Program-made: the position numbers and the translations under genes | The notes under the pieces: model-generated | Database searches by the model: none | Told to the model about the DNA's origin: nothing | The model's input: the letters and a program-made list of their open reading frames with translations, nothing else | NCBI RefSeq assembly: GCF_036387355.1 | Contig: NZ_DASVTX010000080.1 | Span: 1 to 50,201, forward strand | Length of the DNA: 50,201 nt | Reading direction: 5' to 3' | Source of the DNA: Longimicrobium sp. | GTDB taxonomy: Bacteria > Gemmatimonadota > Gemmatimonadetes > Longimicrobiales > Longimicrobiaceae | Shown: one piece after another, positions 36,718 to 46,234 of the stretch | Layout: each line of letters starts with the position of its first letter | Numbering within the stretch: the stretch's first letter is position 1

Positions 36718-37839
36718 TCAGGCGAGGGCGGCGCGGGGACCGTACTCGCGGTGGATGATCTCGGCAATGGCGCGGGCGGAGTCCGGGCGGCCGATGCGGC
36801 GCGCCTGCGTGGACAGTCGCTCCAGCACCGCCGGGCTCTCAAAGGCGGCCGCGAACGCCTGCCGCATCTCCGCATCCGTAAACGCGCCCAGCGCCGCGCC
36901 CTCCGCTACCACCGCGCGCAGGTTCCCTTCTTCCGCGCCGGGGATGGGGCGGGTGAGGAGCAGCGGCTTTCCGAGCGCCAGCGTCTCGCTCACCGTCAGC
37001 CCGCCGGGCTTGGTGGCCACGACGTCCGCCGCGGCGATGAACCGCTCCATCCCCCGCACCTCGCCGAACACGCGCAGCCGCTCCGGGTGCGCGCCGCACG
37101 AGGCCAGGCGGATGCGTGCGCCCTCGTTGCGGCCGCACACCGCCACGATCTGCACCGCGGGATCCGCCGCGTCCAGCGCCGCCGCGACCGCCTCTTCCAC
37201 CCCGATCCCCAGCCCGCCCCCCATCACCAGCACGATGGGCCGGTCCATCGACAAGCCGAGTTCCGCCCGTGCATCCGCGCGCGACGGCGCCGCCGTGAAC
37301 GCGGGGGAGATGGGGATGCCCGTGGCGTGCACCCGGGCGCCCGGCACCCGCCGCGCCAGTTCGTGCCCCAGCGTGTCGGTGGCCACGAAGCAGCGGTCCA
37401 CGGCCGGCTGCGCCCACACACGGTGCATCTCAAAATCCGTCACCACCAGCCCGAACCGCGGAAAACCGGGGCGCGCCGCCGCCAATTGGCAGGGCAGAAA
37501 GTGCGTGCTGACGCAGGCGCTCCAGGGCCGCGACATCAGCAGGCGGCGGAACTCGGCAAAGAGCAGCCGCCGCGCGAGCGGACCCCAGCGCGCGTGGTCC
37601 TGTTCGTAGCCGTCCGTCATGCGGTAGATGCCGCCCCACACCTTGGGCGCGCGGGTGACCACGGCCTCGAACATGGAGCCGTAGAAGGCGCGCACCCACC
37701 GCGGCGCAATGGAAAGCAGCTCCACCTCCTCCACTGCCAGGTCGGGCGCGTGGACGGCCAGCCCCTGCCGCACGGCGGCGGCGGCGCGCAGGTGCCCGGT
37801 GCCGGTCGCGGCGGAAAGCAGCAGCAGGGGAGCGTGCAT
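36718..37839 (-). CDS. MGDG synthase/UgtP-like glycosyltransferase (GT28)
   Basis: GTGHLRAA, STHFL, VVTDF, TGIPI, VCGRN and TKPGGLTVSE. Confidence 0.9.
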   Translation of the reverse strand: MHAPLLLLSAATGTGHLRAAAAVRQGLAVHAPDLAVEEVELLSIAPRWVRAFYGSMFEAVVTRAPKVWGGIYRMTDGYEQDHARWGPLARRLLFAEFRRLLMSRPWSACVSTHFLPCQLAAARPGFPRFGLVVTDFEMHRVWAQPAVDRCFVATDTLGHELARRVPGARVHATGIPISPAFTAAPSRADARAELGLSMDRPIVLVMGGGLGIGVEEAVAAALDAADPAVQIVAVCGRNEGARIRLASCGAHPERLRVFGEVRGMERFIAAADVVATKPGGLTVSETLALGKPLLLTRPIPGAEEGNLRAVVAEGAALGAFTDAEMRQAFAAAFESPAVLERLSTQARRIGRPDSARAIAEIIHREYGPRAALA

Positions 37840-37989
37840 CGGGCGGTCGCGGGTGGCGGGAAGCGGATGCCGGAAATCTTGGCGGAGCGCGGTCACGGCA
37901 CCGTCACGCGCACGTTCGGGAAAGGCACCGCGCCGCGCAAGCTCCGCGCAACGCCGATGCCCGCACCGCACCCCGGCGGAGGACGCCTC

Positions 37990-38433
37990 TGTGCCCCTAA
38001 CTGGTTACAACGTAGCAGCTTGTCATCCTGAGGAGGCGCCGGCCGAGGTGTCGGCGGCACCGTCCTTTGGCGCCGACGAAGGATCTACTGTCCGCGGGAG
38101 AACGGGCGTGCGGGTCGCGACGTTGGCTCCGCGGCAAGTAGATCCTCGACTCCGCGCCACAATCCGGCGCGGTGGAAGGCGCCGTGCAGCGCTTCGCTCA
38201 GGATGACAGGGCTTGTGCCCCTAACTGGTTACAACCCAGCAGCTTGTCATCCTGAGGAGGCGCCGGAGGCACTTGCCGCGGCACCCGGCTCTGGCGCCGA
38301 CGAAGGATCTGCTGTCCCCGTGAGAACGGGCGTGCGGGTCGCGACGTTGGCTCGGCGGCGAGTAGATCCTTCGAGCCCGCGCCACAGTCCGGCGCGGTGG
38401 AAGGCGCCGTGCAGCGCTTCGATCAGGATGACA
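37990..38433. repeat. Tandem duplication of a ~224-bp palindromic element (TGTCATCCTGAG...CTCAGGATGACA)
   Basis: Units at 37990-38208 and 38214-38433, each with terminal inverted repeats and an inner GAAGGATCT/AGATCCT pair. Confidence 0.9.
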
Positions 38434-38781
38434 GCGCCCTGCCGCGTAAGCCTGTGCTGTGCGGTGGCGTGCATTATCCCGGTGACGTGGTCGCGGGGTG
38501 GATGCTGGCCCTGCTCGCCTTTGCCGCTGCGGGCGCGCCCGGGGCCTGACCTGCATCTGTTCTGGCACGGCGGTTGCCCTTCAGTCGGGCATCGGCGGGC
38601 GGAGGCCCAGCCGCGAAACCGAAGTGTGGCTCGTTCAATCGCAATGAAGTACACCTGCGCCCCCCGGCATCGTCCGCGATCCGGGGGGCGACCCGTTGGC
38701 GGCGGTTGCGGGCGATGGAAAGCGGGCGGCACCGGACCATCGGCGCCGCCCGCTTCTGTTCATCCACCAAGCCGAAACCGA

Positions 38782-39336
38782 TCAGCCGCCCAGCGTGCGG
38801 AGAAGGCGCTCCGCGTCGCGCAGATGCGTGGCCACGGCCGGGCGGATGCGCTGCAACTGCGTGCGCAGCGCGTCGTTGGCCGCGGCCTGAACGAGGCTCT
38901 CGTCCAGCGCGTTGAGGAACCAGCGATGCTGCTGCACCTGCACGCGCATGTACTCGCGGTCAAAATCGGCCCCCGTCCGCTGGCCCAGGGGCACCAGCGT
39001 GGTGGCGGTGCTCTGCCGCAGTGCCCGGCTGCGCTCCGTTTCGCGCGGGGCGATGCCGGCGCGCTCCAGCGTGGCGCGCATCTGTTCCTCCACCTGCGTG
39101 TGCTCCGTCACCATCCGCTGGGCGTAGGTGCGCACCGCCGGTGACTCCGCGCGCTGCACCGCCAGCTGCCCCGTCTCGATCTCCGCGCGGTTGGCGGCAA
39201 GCGCGATGTCGGCCACGTCCGGGTTCGCCATCCCGATGGACGCCGCTTGCACCTGCGGATCGGGGAACCCCGGGCCGCACGCCGCGCTGGTGGCAGACAC
39301 GATGATCGCGGCAAGAACGAGAGGGCGGGCACGCAT
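38782..39336 (-). CDS. DUF4142 domain lipoprotein
   Basis: Lipobox SAAC; ANRAEIETGQLA, YAQRMVTEH and GADFDREYM. Confidence 0.85.
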   Translation of the reverse strand: MRARPLVLAAIIVSATSAACGPGFPDPQVQAASIGMANPDVADIALAANRAEIETGQLAVQRAESPAVRTYAQRMVTEHTQVEEQMRATLERAGIAPRETERSRALRQSTATTLVPLGQRTGADFDREYMRVQVQQHRWFLNALDESLVQAAANDALRTQLQRIRPAVATHLRDAERLLRTLGG

Positions 39337-39401
39337 GCGCAGAGCCTCCGGCGGGCGGAAAAGGATGGGGACACGGCGGCAGACTGCGGATGCCGTGCCA
39401 C

Positions 39402-41093
39402 CTACTCGCGGTCGCGCGGGCGCCGCCGCTGCCGCACGTCGCTGAGCAGAATGTCCGTCACCAGCACAAAGCACAGCACCACGGCCGCCACGAACAGCAG
39501 CATCGCCAGCCCCGGATAGCCCAGGAGCGTGAAACGCGTGGGCACCTGCATCATCATCGCCGCGGCCAGGATCAGCGCGGCGGCCACCAGCCCCAGGGTG
39601 ATGCGGTTGCTGATCTTCTGCATCCCGGCCAGCATCCACACCTCTTCCGGCACGCGGACGCGCACCTCCAGCCCCTGGTCGCTCACCGCTTCCAGCGCGC
39701 GGTTCAGCCGCCCGGGAAGCTTCTGCACCAGCTCGTTCAGCTCCAGCATGTTGGCGAACACCCGCCCGGGCGAGGCGTTCTTGAGCATGCGGCGGCGCAG
39801 CAGGTCGCTCGCGTTGCGGCGGATGGAGGCATTGGGGTCAAAGTCCGGGTCCAGCGTGCGCCCCACCTGGTCCAGCGCCAGCAGTGCGCGGCCCAGCATG
39901 GTCAGCTCCACGGGAAGGCGGATGCCGTTTTCCGCCGCGCTGCGGGTCACCTCCAGCATCACCCGGCCCACCTGCAGGTTGCGCGCGCTCCCCGCGTGGG
40001 CAAAGTCGCTCACCAGCGCCTGCACGTCGGCGGAGAACAGGTCCGGGTGCGCGCCGGACCGCACCGTTCCCGCCTCCATGGCCGCGTCCGCCGCCTCCTG
40101 CCCGTGCCCCTCGCTGATGGCGATGAGCATGCGCACAAGGTGCTGCTGCAGCTCCGGGCTGATGACGCCCACCATCCCCAGGTCCAGCAGCGCGATCCGC
40201 CGGTCATCCGTCAGAAACACGTTGCCGGGGTGCGGATCTGCGTGAAAGAAGCCATCCACCAGGATCTGCTTCAGATAGGCGCGGAACAACTCCTCCGCCA
40301 GCTCCTCGCCATCCACCTCCAGCCGGGCCAGCGGACTGATCGCCGTAATCTTGCGGCCGCGAACCAGCTCCATCGTAAGCACCCGCGCGCTGGTGAAGTC
40401 CTCCACCGGGCGGGGGACGATGATGCGCGGGTACTCGGCCAAGTTGGCGTCCAGCGTGCTGGCGTTGCGCGCCTCGCGCCGGTAGTCCAGCTCCGCCAGC
40501 AGGCTGCGGCGCAGTTCATCCAGCGTGCGGCCGAACTCGTACTGGCGACCCGCCCGGGTGTGCCGGTCCATGAACTCCACCACGTCTTCGATGGCGTCCA
40601 TGTCGCGCACGATCTGCTCGCGAATGCCGGGGCGCTGCACCTTGATGGCGACGGGGCGGCCGTCGCGCAGCACGGCGCGGTGCACCTGCCCCAGCGACGC
40701 CGCGGCGATGGGCGTGCGCTCGAACTCCAGGAACGCCTTGCTGACGCGCACGCCCAGCTCCTCGGCGATGATGCGCTCCGCGTCCTCGGAGGGAAACGGC
40801 TCCACGCGGTCCTGCAGGCGCGACAGCGCATCGGCGTAGGTGGCGGGGATGAGGTCCGGGCGGGTGCTGAGCAGCTGGCCCAGCTTGATGTACGTGGGCC
40901 CCATGCGCTCCAGATCCGCCGCCAGCTCGTCCGCCCGCCGCGGAGCGCCGGGGTCCAGCGCGGCCTCCTCGTCCGGCTGCAGCGCGTCCTCCAGCCCCGC
41001 GTTGCGCACCAGGTCGCCGCGGCCGTGCTTCCACAGCAGCGTGGCCATGTCGCGGTAGCGCTTCAGGTGCTCGGGGCGGAGCGAAATGCCCAT
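39402..41093 (-). CDS. ABC1/AarF/UbiB family kinase
   Basis: GPTYIKLGQLLSTRPD, AAASLGQVH, AIKVQRP, FFHADPHPGN and LLDLGMVG. Confidence 0.93.
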   Translation of the reverse strand: MGISLRPEHLKRYRDMATLLWKHGRGDLVRNAGLEDALQPDEEAALDPGAPRRADELAADLERMGPTYIKLGQLLSTRPDLIPATYADALSRLQDRVEPFPSEDAERIIAEELGVRVSKAFLEFERTPIAAASLGQVHRAVLRDGRPVAIKVQRPGIREQIVRDMDAIEDVVEFMDRHTRAGRQYEFGRTLDELRRSLLAELDYRREARNASTLDANLAEYPRIIVPRPVEDFTSARVLTMELVRGRKITAISPLARLEVDGEELAEELFRAYLKQILVDGFFHADPHPGNVFLTDDRRIALLDLGMVGVISPELQQHLVRMLIAISEGHGQEAADAAMEAGTVRSGAHPDLFSADVQALVSDFAHAGSARNLQVGRVMLEVTRSAAENGIRLPVELTMLGRALLALDQVGRTLDPDFDPNASIRRNASDLLRRRMLKNASPGRVFANMLELNELVQKLPGRLNRALEAVSDQGLEVRVRVPEEVWMLAGMQKISNRITLGLVAAALILAAAMMMQVPTRFTLLGYPGLAMLLFVAAVVLCFVLVTDILLSDVRQRRRPRDRE

Positions 41094-41258
41094 AAGACGC
41101 GTGAGTCGGGGATCCTGCCCGGTTCCCGGGCCGAGTGCCCTGGGTGCCCGGAACGTGCGGATTCTGGAACCCCAAAGCGCAGAAACCGTGCGCGTGCAAC
41201 GTTTTACGATCCTTGTACAATCGCGCGCACTGTACTGTTTGGCAGCAATGAGGATCTG

Positions 41259-41366
41259 AACCGCGTCTCTCACGGAGGGCACCGAGGTTCACGGAGAACA
41301 CGGAACGACACACGGATGTACCGTGACCTCCGTGCGTGCTCCGTGAACTCCGTGAGAGACGCGGTT
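41259..41366. repeat. Inverted-repeat element built from CACGGAG / CTCCGTG units
   Basis: 19-bp perfect arms AACCGCGTCTCTCACGGAG (41259-41277) and CTCCGTGAGAGACGCGGTT (41348-41366). Confidence 0.8.
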
Positions 41367-41447
41367 TCAGTTTCCCTTAACCGAGGACGCGAAACAGCCC
41401 GCCCCGATCGCGATCGAGGCGGGCTCTTTCATCCAGCAGAGACGGCG

Positions 41448-42392
41448 TCAGGCGGGCTGGCTCGCGTTCACCACGGGCGCGTCGTGCGGGCGACGCAGCC
41501 TCTGCGTAAGGTCGGCGATCAGCACCTGCGTAAACGCCAGCGGCACCTTGTGTCCCTCGCTGCCGTCGTCGTCCTGGTGCACGCCAAAGTGCGCGGCCTC
41601 ATAGGTGTCGGGGAACAGCTCGGCGCCCCACGCATCCACCATCTCGCGGTCCACGGTGGCCGCCACGCGCACCGTAAGCTCGCCGCCCTCGCCATCTTCC
41701 GAGGTCACGTGCTCGCCAAACCGCCCGCCCAAGCCGTCGCGGCGCACGGCCTCGGCGGCGGCGCGGCGCAGGAGAAGCGTGGTGCGCACCTCGGTGTCGG
41801 GCGCGTCCCACTCCGGCACCTCGTAGCGCACCACCAGGTCGGCGCGGTCCGCCTGCGGCAGCACGTACAGCTTGCTGTCCAGCAGGTGGCGGGCGATGGA
41901 CTTGAGCACCTCCGCCTCGGTGTAGCCGCGCGTCTTGGTGTCGCGCCGCAGCTTCCAGCGAAAGAGAAGTTCCGGCTCCGGGTACAGAAACACGGTCAGG
42001 TCGTACGTGGACGCGAGCTCCTCCGTGGGAAAGCCCAGCAGCCCGCGCACCACCACGACCTCTTCCGGCTCCAGCGTGCGCATGGGGCCAAAGCTGCCGT
42101 CCGTGTGGTCGTAGCTGCGGTTGCGCACCGGCCGGCCGCGGCGCAGAAGCTGAAGGTGCTCCTGCATGAGCGACAGGTTGTGCACCATGGGGTTCAGCGC
42201 GGTGAGCCCCAGCTCCTGCCGCTCGGCGCGGGAGTACCGGTGGTAGTCGTCCAGCTCCAGCGTAGACACGCGCTCCGCGCCGATCAGCTCGCGGACGCCG
42301 CGGGCGACCGTGCTCTTTCCGCTTCCCGAGTCGCCGATGATGCCCAGGACGAACGGATGGTGGCGCTCGGCGTCGCCCTGCGCGTCAGACAT
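41448..42392 (-). CDS. Phosphoribulokinase/uridine kinase family protein (PRK-like)
   Basis: GDSGSGKST, LDDYHRYSR..R...GLTALNP, YDHTDG and WKLRRD..RGY. Confidence 0.8.
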   Translation of the reverse strand: MSDAQGDAERHHPFVLGIIGDSGSGKSTVARGVRELIGAERVSTLELDDYHRYSRAERQELGLTALNPMVHNLSLMQEHLQLLRRGRPVRNRSYDHTDGSFGPMRTLEPEEVVVVRGLLGFPTEELASTYDLTVFLYPEPELLFRWKLRRDTKTRGYTEAEVLKSIARHLLDSKLYVLPQADRADLVVRYEVPEWDAPDTEVRTTLLLRRAAAEAVRRDGLGGRFGEHVTSEDGEGGELTVRVAATVDREMVDAWGAELFPDTYEAAHFGVHQDDDGSEGHKVPLAFTQVLIADLTQRLRRPHDAPVVNASQPA

Positions 42393-42725
42393 GGAACGGG
42401 TCACTGAGAGTGCCGGCCATGAACGGTCCTCCGATGGATTGACGAGGTGAACGCGACAACCTAGCGCGCCGCCCGCCTTCGCGAAACCGCGCCGATCGGG
42501 CCTGATCCTGTACAATGCGCACAGCCGACGGGGCGCCGCGTCCGTTGCGCGGCGTGCCGGCCGGGGCCACTGTGTTCCGCCTGATGAGACCGCGGCGGGC
42601 GCGAAAACGCTGTACGGACCTTCCGCGGCGGGATGGATAGAAAACCGTCGGCCCGCCCGGAGTTCCCGCCGCGCCCCCTCCGCGTATTCCGCGCCGCCCG
42701 GCGACCCCACGATCCCCAACCGCCC

Positions 42726-43274
42726 ATGACCTACTGCGACGCCGCGCCCGGCCATCCCTGGCACGGGCCGTATCACGATACCGAGTACGGCTTTCCGCTG
42801 CGCGGGGATGACGAGCTGTTCGAGCGGCTGGTGCTGGAGATCAACCAGGCCGGGCTGTCGTGGCTCACCATCCTCAAGAAGCGCGAGGCGTTCCGGGCGG
42901 CGTTCGACGGCTTTGACTTGGACACCGTGGCCGGATACGGCGGCGTGGACCGCGCGCGGCTGCTGGCGGACGCGGGGATCATCCGCAACCGCCTGAAGGT
43001 GGATGCCGCCATCGAGAACGCCCAGCGTATCCAGCAGATCCGCGCGTCGCACGGATCGTTCGCGGCGTGGCTGGATGCCCATCATCCTCTGCCCAAGGCG
43101 GAGTGGGTGAAGCTGTTCAAGCGAACCTTCCGGTTCACGGGCGGGGAGATCGTGGGCGAGTTCCTGATGAGCCTGGGGTACCTGCCCGGCGCGCACGTTC
43201 CCGAGTGTCCCGTCTACCCCCGCGTGCTGGCCGCCGCGCCCCCGTGGACGCGCACGGGGGATGCGGGGGCGTGA
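42726..43274 (+). CDS. tag: DNA-3-methyladenine glycosylase I
   Basis: YHDTEYG, LEINQAGLSWLTILKKR, GIIRNRLK, FRFTGG and GAH..EC. Confidence 0.95.
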   Translation: MTYCDAAPGHPWHGPYHDTEYGFPLRGDDELFERLVLEINQAGLSWLTILKKREAFRAAFDGFDLDTVAGYGGVDRARLLADAGIIRNRLKVDAAIENAQRIQQIRASHGSFAAWLDAHHPLPKAEWVKLFKRTFRFTGGEIVGEFLMSLGYLPGAHVPECPVYPRVLAAAPPWTRTGDAGA

Positions 43275-43298
43275 AGCGAGTGCCTGCGTCCGGCGGGG

Positions 43299-43892
43299 GC
43301 CCTCACCCGTCCGCGCCCTCACCCGTCCGCGCCCTCACCCGGCCGCGCTGAGACGCGTCCACCCTCTCCCACGAACAGATGTGGGAGAGGGGGCACACGG
43401 CAACGGCGCCCCTCCCCCGGCCCCACCCCCGGCCCCTCCCCGTGCAAACTGCGCACGGAGAGGGGAGGACAGCAGATCCGTGCGCTTCGGACGGTGCCGA
43501 TGCGGCCGAAGAGGCCCCCTCCCCCCAGCCCCCTCCACCCGCGCCGCGGGAGAGGGGGAGCCTTTCGGCGCCGGGGCGAAGGTCGGCGCGCGTCGCCGGG
43601 CCGCGGAGGCCCCACCCCAGCCCCTCCCCGTGCAAACTGCGCACGGAGAGGGGAGGACTTCATACGGCACCCTGCCCCCCGCCGTGCGGTTGAAGCCCCG
43701 ATCGTGGGCGCGTCAGCGGCCACGAGTCGGGGCTTACCGCTTCTGGAGCGGCGGATTCATCTGCTCAGGACACTCCGCGCGACGCGAAGCCATCCATCCT
43801 GCACCGGCAATCCGCCGCCCTCGTGCCGGTGAAGTCTCCCCGTCTGTTTGGGGAGACTTTCCGCCGTTGTTGCGGCGACTTCAGTCGCTCAG
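43299..43892 (-). repeat. Repeat cluster: family-B element, duplicated CCCTCCCCGTGCAAACTGCGCACGGAGAGGGG hairpins and two family-A elements
   Basis: B at 43332-43393 preceded by a 16-bp tandem GCCCTCACCCGTCCGC; hairpin copies near 43433 and 43622; inverted A copies at 43688-43768 and 43828-43892. Confidence 0.8.
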
Positions 43893-44011
43893 CTCCTCCC
43901 GGCGGCACCAATCCTCGCCTTTCGCCCCGAAGCTACGAAGCCCGCTCCCGCAAACAGAACGCCCTCCGCGGCATGGCCGGGGAGGGCGTCAACTCATTCA
44001 GGAACCGCGCG

Positions 44012-44452
44012 TCAGGCGGGCGGCTTCTTGCCGGACTTGCGACGGCGGGCCGGCTTTTCCTCGGGGTACGGCTGCTCGCGGGCGTACTCCTCTTCCAGCC
44101 GGCGCAGCAGCCACTTCTCCAGCGCCGCTGCCGTGGGGCGATCGGGGTCCGCCTGCCGCAGCGCCTCGAACTCGGCGCGCACGGCGTCCCGGGCAGCCTC
44201 CAGCCCGCGGGGAAGCTGCAGCTTCAGCTGGCCGGCGACGGGCCGCGAGTCCCCTTCGGCGGCGGACAGCTTCTGCCGCTCCAGAAAGAGGTTGCCCATG
44301 CGGCGCCGCGTGCGCTCGTGCGGACGGTCCGTTTCGCCGTTGACGAACTTGCGCAGCGCCTCGTGCCCCAGACCGACAAGCGCGGAGGCATCGCGCAGGT
44401 TCGTCTCCAGCACGAGCTCGTGCATGAAGCTGCGCATTTCCTCCAGTCGCAC
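44012..44452 (-). CDS. Hypothetical protein, possible XRE-like HTH
   Basis: NLRDASALVGLGHEALRKFVNGETDRPHERTRRRM resembles an HTH; start uncertain. Confidence 0.6.
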   Translation of the reverse strand: MRLEEMRSFMHELVLETNLRDASALVGLGHEALRKFVNGETDRPHERTRRRMGNLFLERQKLSAAEGDSRPVAGQLKLQLPRGLEAARDAVRAEFEALRQADPDRPTAAALEKWLLRRLEEEYAREQPYPEEKPARRRKSGKKPPA

Positions 44453-44715
44453 CGAGCGCCACTCGTCGTCGAACGAGATGGCGGGGACATCGCGACCATT
44501 TTGTCCACTAAGCGTTTTGGCACACTGGAGATTCTAGACGCTCGTTCGTACCCGCGCAAGAGCGGCCAAGAAGTGGTAATAGTGGACAAGTACGGACAAC
44601 TTGGAGCAGTGGCTGAATGCACGACAGGGCAGCGCCGCGGCCGACGGAAACCGTCGCCGGGCGCTGCCCCGCGGTGCGAACGGCCGGCGCCGCGCGGGCG
44701 CCGTCCGCAAGCGAA

Positions 44716-45066
44716 CTAGTCGTCGTCGTCGTCGCTGTCGGACTCGAAGCCCATGGCTTCTTCTTCAATCTGGTCGGTGAGCGTGGAACCCCAGGCGCTC
44801 TCCAGAAGGCGGCGCACCTTGGGAAAGCGGTGCATCACCTCGGCCATCTCCGGCGTGACGAAGATTTCCAGCACGTCGGCGCGCTTGTACTCGGTCGTCG
44901 ATTCCTCGTCTTCCAGGAACGACTTCAGTTCTTCGATCAGGTCGCGCAGGTCGCTGAGCATTTCGCTGGGAAAGTGCCCCTCGTCAAGCGCCACCGCCGA
45001 TTCCACCCAGTCATGCACCTGCGACACGAGCGAGTCGAACCGCTCTTCCACCCTCGAATTGCTCAT
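44716..45066 (-). CDS. Hypothetical acidic protein
   Basis: 116 aa, strong codon bias, Asp/Glu-rich, poly-Asp end. Confidence 0.8.
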   Translation of the reverse strand: MSNSRVEERFDSLVSQVHDWVESAVALDEGHFPSEMLSDLRDLIEELKSFLEDEESTTEYKRADVLEIFVTPEMAEVMHRFPKVRRLLESAWGSTLTDQIEEEAMGFESDSDDDDD

Positions 45067-45296
45067 TCCGGTCTTTCGTTGCTTGGCTCACGTTCCGTCG
45101 GCGCCGCCCGGCCGGTGCGCCCGGTCCGCCGCCCTCACCTGGCCGCATGTTCGCGCGGCGCGACACAGCGTAAAATGCAGTCGCGGCGCGGTCAAGTGTT
45201 CCGCGCGCACAATGATGCCCGCCCGCGGCAACCGCATGCCCCCGGCGCGGCTTCAAATGACCCGTTCGCCGTCCCTTCCCGCCACCGCCGCGCGCC

Positions 45297-46016
45297 ATGA
45301 CGCCGCTGATTGAGCTGCAGCAGATCCGCCGCACCTACACCTCGCACGACGTGCCCACGCGCGCGCTGGACGGCGTGGACCTGCGCGTGCACGCGGGCGA
45401 GTACGTGGCCGTGGCGGGCCCGTCCGGCTGCGGAAAAAGCACCATGCTGGCCATTCTGGGCCTGCTGGACGCGCCGGACGAGGGCGCGTACCTGCTGAAC
45501 GGGCGCGCCGTGTCCGTGCTCGCCGCCGCCGAGCGCGCGCGGGTGCGCAACCGCGAGATCGGCTTCGTGTTCCAGGCCTACAACCTGATCGGCGATCTCA
45601 CCGTGCGCGAGAACGTGGAGCTTCCGCTGGTCTACCGCGGCATGCCGGCGGCGGAGCGGCGGGCGCGTGCGGAGGCGGCGCTGGAGCGGGTGGGGATGGC
45701 GGACCGCATGGAGCACCTGCCCGGCGAGCTTTCCGGCGGCCAGCAGCAGCGCGCCGCGGTAGCCCGGGCCATCGCGGGCGAGCCGCCGCTTCTGCTGGCG
45801 GATGAGCCGACGGGCAACCTGGATTCGGCGAACGGCGAAGCGGTAATGGAACTGCTGGCCGAGCTGCACGCGGAGGGCACGACGGTGTGCCTGGTGACCC
45901 ACGATCCGCGCTACGCCGGGCACGCGCATCGTACGGTGCGGCTCTTTGACGGGCGCGTGGTTTCGGATGAGGTGCGGGGGAACGGCAGGGAACAGGGAAT
46001 AGGGAATAGGGAATAG
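45297..46016 (+). CDS. ABC transporter ATP-binding protein (LolD/MacB type)
   Basis: GPSGCGKST, IGFVFQ, LSGGQQQR, LLADEPTGNLD and VTHD. Confidence 0.95.
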   Translation: MTPLIELQQIRRTYTSHDVPTRALDGVDLRVHAGEYVAVAGPSGCGKSTMLAILGLLDAPDEGAYLLNGRAVSVLAAAERARVRNREIGFVFQAYNLIGDLTVRENVELPLVYRGMPAAERRARAEAALERVGMADRMEHLPGELSGGQQQRAAVARAIAGEPPLLLADEPTGNLDSANGEAVMELLAELHAEGTTVCLVTHDPRYAGHAHRTVRLFDGRVVSDEVRGNGREQGIGNRE

Positions 46017-46024
46017 GGAATAGG
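45987..46024. repeat. Heptamer tandem repeat (AGGGAAT), about 5 copies
   Basis: Overlaps the 3' end and stop codon of the ABC ATPase ORF. Confidence 0.85.
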
Positions 46025-46234
46025 AACAACAAAGGATCTCGGATTCTCTCCCTTCCGTCGTTCCTCCTCTGTGCCTCTGTGTGAAATTGAGTCGCTGTTC
46101 CCGCCGTGACCTCCGTGATTGTTGTGAGAAGCGGCGATCGCAAAGCGAGGTACCACAACAAACTGTGCCGCCGCCCGATGCATCCGGGCTGGCGGCACAG
46201 TCTCTTCCATGACGGTCCGCGAGGTCAGCGCGGC

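Noticed and set aside
43261-44343. ORFs spanning the repeat clusters (also 29692-30427 and 38203-39144)
   Set aside because: Translations of non-coding repeats; the same pseudo-peptides (e.g. VKSPRLFGETFR) recur wherever the repeat occurs.
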